Shown here in pieces: positions 56,860-64,000 of a stretch of 64,000 nt of DNA. Under the pieces are notes generated by a model. That model saw only the letters and a list, made by a program, of their open reading frames with translations. It did no database searches and was not told the origin of the DNA. The stretch is from the NCBI GenBank assembly GCA_038087875.1, contig CM075997.1, positions 8,558,001-8,622,000 on the forward strand. The letters are read 5' to 3'. Both the position numbers and the translations under genes were made by a program. The DNA is from Malacoraja senta (taxonomy: Eukaryota). The stretch's first letter is position 1. Every line of letters begins with the position of its first letter.

Positions 56860-57300
56860 TCCATGACTAAAACTCTGATCTTACTAGCTTCCGGTTTGCG
56901 CAGTCTTTCTACGATTATTCGCCAGCTTACTCAACATTCTCTTGTGCTGCGATTGCGCCAAGTTTCATTCTGATCGTTGGCCTAATGTAAAAGTTAGTGA
57001 GGTTTAAAAATCTTAAAAACCGCGCTGCGCAGATCGATCTCCTCTCCTGCCAGTCAGCGCCGCGTGGATTGGCCTTTTCTCCTGTCACTTTGACGCCCGC
57101 CCCTTCTTTCGTCATCGCGTCTTTACTGGCGCTGAGGAGGTTTCCAACCGGACACAATTTTCGGAGGGACCTGAGGCCCGGTGCAGCCCGGCATGGGAGA
57201 TGTCGCGGGGAATCTGATCCCGGCAGAGGAAAACGTCCAGCGACCAGCGCCCGCTGTGAGTCACCATCGCACCATCAGCTCCAGCTCTATCCCCTCTGGT
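56860..57300 (+). mobile_element. CpG-rich non-autonomous element, possibly a Helitron-type 5' end
   Basis: Begins after (TCCA)n with ..ACTAAAACTCTGATCTT, which resembles recalled Helitron-type 5' ends. No convincing 3' hairpin plus CTAG was found. Confidence 0.3.
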
Positions 57301-57379
57301 CGCCCTCGCTGGCTCCTGCCCTCCTCCCCTGTCATAGCCCCCTCTCCCCCACAACCACGTCTTTTCTCTGAGCTCTCTC

Positions 57380-57815
57380 GCACACACCCACACAAGCCCC
57401 CCACACTACCCCACACACACCCCCCCGCTCACATACACCCCGCCCCCGCCCACACACCCCACAACCACCCCCACCCACACCTCTCCTACCCCACAAGCCC
57501 CCCTTCCCCTACACCCCACCCACCCACACAAGCCCCCCACACTACCCCACCCACATATCCCCCGCTCACATACACCCCACAACCACCCCCACCCACACCT
57601 CTCCTCCCCCCACAAACCCACCCACACACCCCAACCCGCCCCCCCCCCCGTCTCCGGCTCCAATGCTCGCTGCCCCTGCCCTCCCCCTCCCCACCCCCCC
57701 CACACACATCCCACCAACACACACTCCCCTCCCTCCCCGTCAACCCCCCCACCCACACACACCCCTCCCCCACACCCTCTCCCTCCTCCCACATCCTCCC
57801 ATCCCCCCCCCCACA
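57380..57815. repeat. C/A-rich low-complexity tandem repeat
   Basis: Directly visible; internal duplication CACAAGCCCCCCACACTACCCCAC at about 57391 and 57526. Confidence 0.9.
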
Positions 57816-58574
57816 CCCAGGGCCGGATTTAGATGAAGTGAGCCCCCCCCTCCCGATCCCCCACCCCCATGACTAGAGGACCATGACTGCTCGACAGTGA
57901 CAGTGTGACATTTTTAGATCCTACTGTATGTTGCCATTAAACATTTGGTTTTTAAATACATATTGGATTCACCGTGGAGCGGGCAATGCCTTACCTGGAT
58001 CGCCGTTTGAAGCTCTGGATTGTTGGGACTGCTGCTTCAACATCATGGAGCTGTGGTTTGCGGAGCTCCCAGCCTCGGGCCACGCTGATTTCAACATCGT
58101 GGAGCCCTGGGATCCCTTTGCCGAGGGCTGCCAGCATGAATCTCCGCCCAGCTCGGCTCCCGAGTCGGCCACTTCGTAGGAAGTGGCCGACTCGGGAGCC
58201 GTAGGAAGTGGCCGACTTCGGGAGCCGTAGGAAGTGGCCGATTCGGAAGTCCCATATTTGGGAAATATTTCTTAAAGAATTGTTCCCTATTGACAATTAT
58301 ATTGCAAAACCTGAATCAAATCTGAACCAAATCTGCTTGAAAAAGGCTAACTTAAAACTAAACAAACAGGTTCACTTCTTCATAAACAGACAACTCACAA
58401 AGCAGTTTGGTAGACCAATTCAAAACGTTACTAATTATCGGCCGATGGAAGTGGCAAGTGGCGATGGAAGTGGCAAGGAAAACAAACCCCAGCCAAGTGA
58501 GCAACACAGACACTTGGCTGTCCTCTCTCCACTTCCCTGAACACAGATTACATGGTATTATATACTGTTTAGGC

Positions 58575-59140
58575 AGTTGATGTCCAGCCGGCAGTTTAAA
58601 ATAAAATGGTCTTAAGCCAGAAGATGACCATGAGTGGGGGGTCCAAGAGGAGGGGGTCCATTGGAGACGGGAAAACAGATCATCAATGGGGGCGAGGACC
58701 TTCCCATGGAAGAACGGTGTGAGGCGGAGGTGATGGAAGTAGAGCTCCAAATCACGGCGGGCGCGGAACTCATTGAGGTGGGTATGGAGGGGGACAAAGG
58801 TGAGGCCTCTGCTGCGGACAAACCGTTCAGTATCTGAGAGGGGGAGGTCAGGGGGGATGGTGAACACATGGCAGGGATGAATGTTGGGGCCGGAGGAAGG
58901 CAGGTGAGTGGACTGAGGCCGAGGTGATGTCTGGTGGGGGGGTGGGGGGTGGTCAGGGGGTAGGGGGGTATGAGGACTGTAGTGTGGGTGGGAAGAGCTG
59001 GGGTCACATGGTTTGAGGGGAATGGGGAAGACCCAGTGGAACAGCCACTGTGGTTACCAGAGTAGGGGGGACTAGCATTAGGACCCAGTGCAGTCAAACC
59101 CAAGGGAGTGGGACTCTGCAGCGTGGAAACCAAAGATACT
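58575..59140 (-). mobile_element. Penelope-like ORF N-terminal remnant
   Basis: FTIPPDLPLSDTERFVRSRGLTFVP..NEFRARRDLELYFHHLRLTPFF..SSWTP, typical of the region preceding the PLE RT. Confidence 0.75.
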
Positions 59141-59142
59141 AG

Positions 59143-62100
59143 AGGAGCTCCCATGGATTTGGAAGCAACAGCAAAAAAGAGAAGCAGGAGAAAACACTGA
59201 TTGGCTCTAGCCCGAGTGGGAGGAGTTAGAAGTGAGTCAGAGGGGGAAAACAGTTGAAAACTGAGTAATTTGGTTTGTAAATTGGTAAATTAGGCAATTT
59301 ATCAGTCTCTTAGGGAGCGGCAGTGAAGGAGCAGCCTTGTGAGGGTAGTGCCCTGTGAGAAAAGTGTGAGTCTTTGGCACGAGAGTCTTCGGCGAGGAGG
59401 CTGAGGAGAGGAGCCTACGCAAAACGCTGGAGAGGGAGAGACGAAAGAAGGAGATGTCAGGCAAGCTGATTCAGTGTGATGCTTGCAGTATGTGGGAGGT
59501 CAAGGACACTGCTGGTGCCTCTGGCTGCTAAAAATGTGAGAAGTGCATCCAGGTACAGCTCCTGAAGGACCGTGTTGGGGAACTGGAGAAGCAAGTGGAT
59601 GACCTCAGGTCCGTCCGAGAAACTGAGTCGTTCCTCGACAAGTCCTACAGTAAGATTGTTACACCTAAGGTACTGTAAGAGAGAAAGTGGGTGACGGTGA
59701 GAAAGGGAGGGAAACTTGGAATGCAAAGGTCCTCGGGTGTTGTACCTCTTGTGAACAGGTTCACCCACTTAGAAGCTGTCGGGACAGAAGACATTATCAC
59801 ACTGAGCGGCAGACTGGCTTGCGAAGCAAAAAGGTCTGTAGAGCCAAATCCAAAGAGGCCAACGTTACGCAACGCCATTGTAGTTGGAGACTCCATTGTG
59901 AGAGGTACGGACAGGGGTTTCTGTGGCAACAGACGGGATTCGAGGATGGTGTGCTGCCTTCCTGGAGCCAGGATCCAGGATGTCACGGACAGAGTGCAGA
60001 AAATCCTCAAGGGCGAAGGTGAACAGCCGGAAGTGGTAGTGCATGTTGGCACAAACGATGTCGGAAAGAAGGGGATAAATATTCTGCAGCGTGACTTTAG
60101 AGAGCTCGGAAAAATGCTGAAAAGCAGGACCTCCAGGGTTGATATCTGCGGTTTGCTTCCAGTTCCTCGTGCAGGCGAGAGCAGGAACAGGGAGATACGG
60201 GACTTGAATGTTTGGCTGAGGAACTGGTGCAAGGGGCAAGGATTTAGGTTCTTAGATCACTGGGATCTGTTTTGGAGTAAGGGGGAACTGTGCAAAAGGG
60301 ACAGATTGCATCTCAACAGGTGGGGGACCAGCATTCTGGCAGGCAGGTTTGCCACTGCTGCACGGGTGGTTTTAAAATGAATAAGTGGGGTGGGGTGTCA
60401 AATGGGATAGTCGAGGATGGAGTTAAAGGGAAAAGGTAAAGGGAGGGTTAATCATCCCAGAATTAACGGGAAAGGAAGCTCACAAGGGGATAGGAGAGTA
60501 TGGCCAAGTGTAATAGGGATCGATGTGAAAGGTGAGATGCGTAAGGAATTAAAAGTATTGTATATGAATGCACGAAGTATAAGAAGTAAATTAGATGAGC
60601 TTGAGGCTCAGTTACAGGTTGGTAGATATGACATTGTGGGGATTACTCAGACATGGCTGCAGGAGGATCGGGCATGGGAACATAATATTCAGCGTTATAC
60701 ATCCTATAGAAAGGACAGGCAGGTGGGCAGTGGAGGGGGGGTAGCTCTGCTGGTGAGGGATGAAATTCAGTCCCTTGTGAGGGAAGACATAGGGACTGAC
60801 GAGGTAGAGTTACTGTGGATTCAGTTGAGGAATTGTAAAGGCAAGAAGACACTAATGGGTGTTATTTACAGACCCTCAAATAGTAGCCTGGATGTAGGGT
60901 GTAAGTTGCAGCAGGAGTTAAAACTGGCATGTAACAAAGGTAATGGCACTGTGGTGATGGGGGATTTCAATATGCAGGTACATAGATACATAGATACATA
61001 GAAAATAGGTGCAGGAGTAGGCCATTCGGCCCTTCGAGCCTGCACCGCCATTCAATATGATCATGGCTGATCATCCAACTCAGTATCTCGTACCTTCTCT
61101 CCATACCCCCTGATCCCTTTACTCACAAGGGCCACATCTAACTCCCTCTTAAATATAGCCAATGAACTGGCCTCAACTACCCTCTGTGGCAGAGAGTTCC
61201 AGAGATTCACCACTCTCTGTGTGAAAACGTTTTTCCTCATCTCGGTCTTAAAGGATTTCCCCCTTATCCTTAAGCTGTGACCCCTTGTCCTGGACTTCCC
61301 CAACATCGGGAACAATCTTCCTGCATCTAGCCTGTCCAACCCCATAAGAATTTTGTACGTTTCTATAAGATCCCCTCTCAATTTCCTAAATTCTAGCGAG
61401 TATAAGCCAAGTCTATCCAGTCTTTCTTCATATGAAAGTCCTGACATCCCAGGAATCAGTCTGGTGAACCTTCTCTGCACTCCCTCTTTGGCTATAATGT
61501 CCTTCCTCAGATTTGGAGACCAAAACTGTACGCAATACTCCAGGTGTGGTCTCACCAAGACACTGTACAACTGCAGTAGAACCTCCCTGCTCCTATACTC
61601 AAATCCTCTTGCTATGAAGGCCAACATACCATTCGCTTTCTTCACTGCCTGCTGCACCTGCATGCTACTTTCAATGACTGGTGTACCATGATACCGAGGT
61701 CTCGCTGCATCTCCCCATTTCCTAATCGGCCACCATTTAGATAATAGTTTGCCTTCCCGTTTTTGCCACCAAAGTGGATAACCTCACATTTATCCACATT
61801 ATACTGCATCTGCCAAACATTTGCCCACTCACCCAGCCTATCCAAGTCACCTTGCAGTCTCCTAGCATCCTCCTCACAGCTAACACTGCCCCCCAGCTTA
61901 GTGTCATCCGCAAACTTGGAGATGTTGCTTTCAATTCCCTCGTCCAGATCATTAATATAAATTGTAAATAGCTGGGGTCCCAGCACTGAGCCTTGCGGTA
62001 CCCCACTAGTCACTGCCTGCCATTGTGAAAAGGACCCGTTTACTCCTACTCTTTGCTTCCTGTTTGCCAGCCAGTTCTCTATCCACATCAATACTGAACC

Positions 62101-64000
62101 CCCAATACCGTGTGATTTAAGTTTGTATCCTAATCTCTTATGTGGTAGACTGGGGAAATCAGGTTGGTTCAGGACCCCAAGACCCCAGAGAAAAGGCAAT
62201 TCTGGATTTAGTGTTGTCCAATGAACCAGATATGATAAGAGAACTCGAGGTAAAGGAACCGCTTGGAGGTAGTGATCATAATATGATTAGTTTTAACCTG
62301 CAATTTGAGAAGGATAACGTTAAATCGGAATTGGCAGTGATGCAGTTGAACAAAGGGGACTATGAAGGAATGATACGGGAGCTGGCCAAGGTTGACTGGA
62401 AAGGGATCCTAGCAGGAATGACGGTGGAACAGCAATGGCAGGAATTTCTGGGCATAATCCGGGAGATTTCATTCTAAAAAGGAAGAAAGATTCTAAGGGG
62501 AGTAGGAGGCAACCATGGCTGACAAGAGAAGTTTGGGATAGAATAAAACTAAAAGAAAAGATGTATAACACAGCAAAGAGTAGCCGGAAGCCAGAGGATT
62601 GGTAAACTTTCATAGGACAACAGAAGTAAACAAAACGGGCAATACGGGCTGAAAAGATGAAGTACAAGGGGAAGCTGGCCAGGAATATAAAGGACAGTAA
62701 AAGCTTCTTTAGATATGTTAAGGGAAAAAGAGTAGCAAAGTCAAATGTGGGTCCCTTGAAGGCAGACACGGGTGAAATTATTATGTGCAACAAGGAAATG
62801 GCAGAAGAGTTGAATAGGTACATCGGATCTGTCTTCACTGAGGAAGACACAAACAATCTCCCAGATGTACTGGAGGACAGAGGGGGTAGATGAACTTAAA
62901 GAAATTTTCATTAGGTGAGAAATAGTATTGGGTAGGCTAATGGGACTGAAGGATGATAAATCCCCTGGGCCTGATGGTCTGCATCCCAGGGTCCTCAGGG
63001 AGGTGGCTCTAGAAATAGTGGACGCATTGGTGATCATTTTCCAATGTTCAATAGATTCAGGATCAGTTCCTGTGGATTGGAGGATAAGCTAATGTTATCC
63101 CACTTTTCAAGAAAGGGGCGAGAGACAAAATGGGGAATTACAGACCAGTTAGCCTGACTTCAGTGGCGGGAAAGATGCTGGAGTCAATTATTAAAGAGGT
63201 AATAATGGGGCATTTGGAGAACGGTAAAAGGATTAGTCCAAGTCAACATGGATTTATGAAAGGGAAATTGTGCTTGACTAATCTGGAATTTTTTGAGGAT
63301 GTGACAAGTAAAATGGTGAAGGGGTGCCAGTGGATGTAGTGTATCTAGACTTTCAGAAAGCCTTTGACAATGTCCCGCATGGGAGACTGGTGACTAAAAT
63401 GAGAGCACATGGTATTGGGGGTAGGGTGTTGACATGGATAGAAAATTGGTTGGCAGACCGGAAGCAAAGAGTAGGAGTAAATGGGTCCTTTTCAGAATGG
63501 CAGGCAGTGGCGAGTGGAGTCCCGCAAGGCTCGGTGTTGGGGCCGCAACTGTTTACCATATATATTAATGATTTGGAAGAGGGAATTAGGAGCAACACGA
63601 GCAAGTTTGCGGATGACACAAAGCTGGGTGGCAGTGTAAACTGTGAAGAGGATGTTAGGAGGTTGCAGGGTGACCTGGACAGGTTGAGTGAGTCGGCAGA
63701 TGCGTGGCAGATGCAATATAATATAGATAAATGTGAGGTTATCCACATTGGCAGCAAAAACAAGGGGGCAGATTATTATCTCAATGTGGTTAGGTTAGGT
63801 AAGGGGGAGGTACAGCGAGACCTGGATGTCCTTGTACTGTCACTGAAAGTTGGCGTGCAGGTACAGCAGGCAGTGAAGAAAGCTAATGGAATGTTGGCCT
63901 TCATAACAAGAGGATTTCAGTATAGGAGTAAAGAGGTTCTTCTGCAGTTGTATAGGGCTCTGGTGAGACCACATCTGGAGTATTGTGTACAGTTTTGGTC
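59143..64000 (+). mobile_element. CR1 LINE (family A) from the 5' end, running off the window, degenerate
   Basis: 5' UTR 59143-59454; ORF1 from ATG 59455 with stops; esterase 59691-60380; APE 60417-60980; RT fragments to 64000. Confidence 0.95.
60981..62144 (-). mobile_element. CR1 LINE (family C), 5'-truncated, nested antisense
   Basis: Near-identical to 4901-6072, including the (CTATGTAT)n tail variant; splits ATGCAGGTA|GACTGGG of the host CR1. Confidence 0.95.

Noticed and set aside
57181..57876. Pro/His/Thr-rich 231-aa ORF and Gly/Val-rich antisense ORFs
   Set aside because: Translations of a C/A-rich low-complexity repeat.
58176..58252. CRISPR-like repeat array
   Set aside because: Units are directly adjacent with no unique spacers, the context is eukaryotic, and there are no cas genes.

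Overview
Eukaryotic genomic DNA, most likely from a cartilaginous fish (skate or ray). That taxon is inferred from the HE1-type V-SINE, several CR1 families with SGNH-esterase ORF1, and skate-type Penelope repeats. The large majority of the window is transposon-derived. It holds many CR1 LINE copies from at least three young families plus older HER1-like ones, and one full-length L1-clade element (15-bp TSD) whose ORF2 is broken by a single nonsense codon. It also holds Rex1/Babar and L2 fragments, Penelope-like (PLE) remnants with a GIY-YIG ORF and hammerhead-ribozyme-like cores, and a five-level nest (Tc1 > hAT > PLE > Harbinger > long-TIR element/CR1). A complete non-coding retroposon with a YY1-motif head and an L2-type tail is also present. 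The only recognisable host gene is a tandem C2H2 zinc-finger gene (+, 28555-29718) with no effector domain. It has a CpG-island/CRE promoter, an internal finger-block duplication diverged at DNA-contact residues, and decayed fingers at both ends. No rRNA, true tRNA or CRISPR array was seen. All family calls come from motif recognition by eye, not from database searches.
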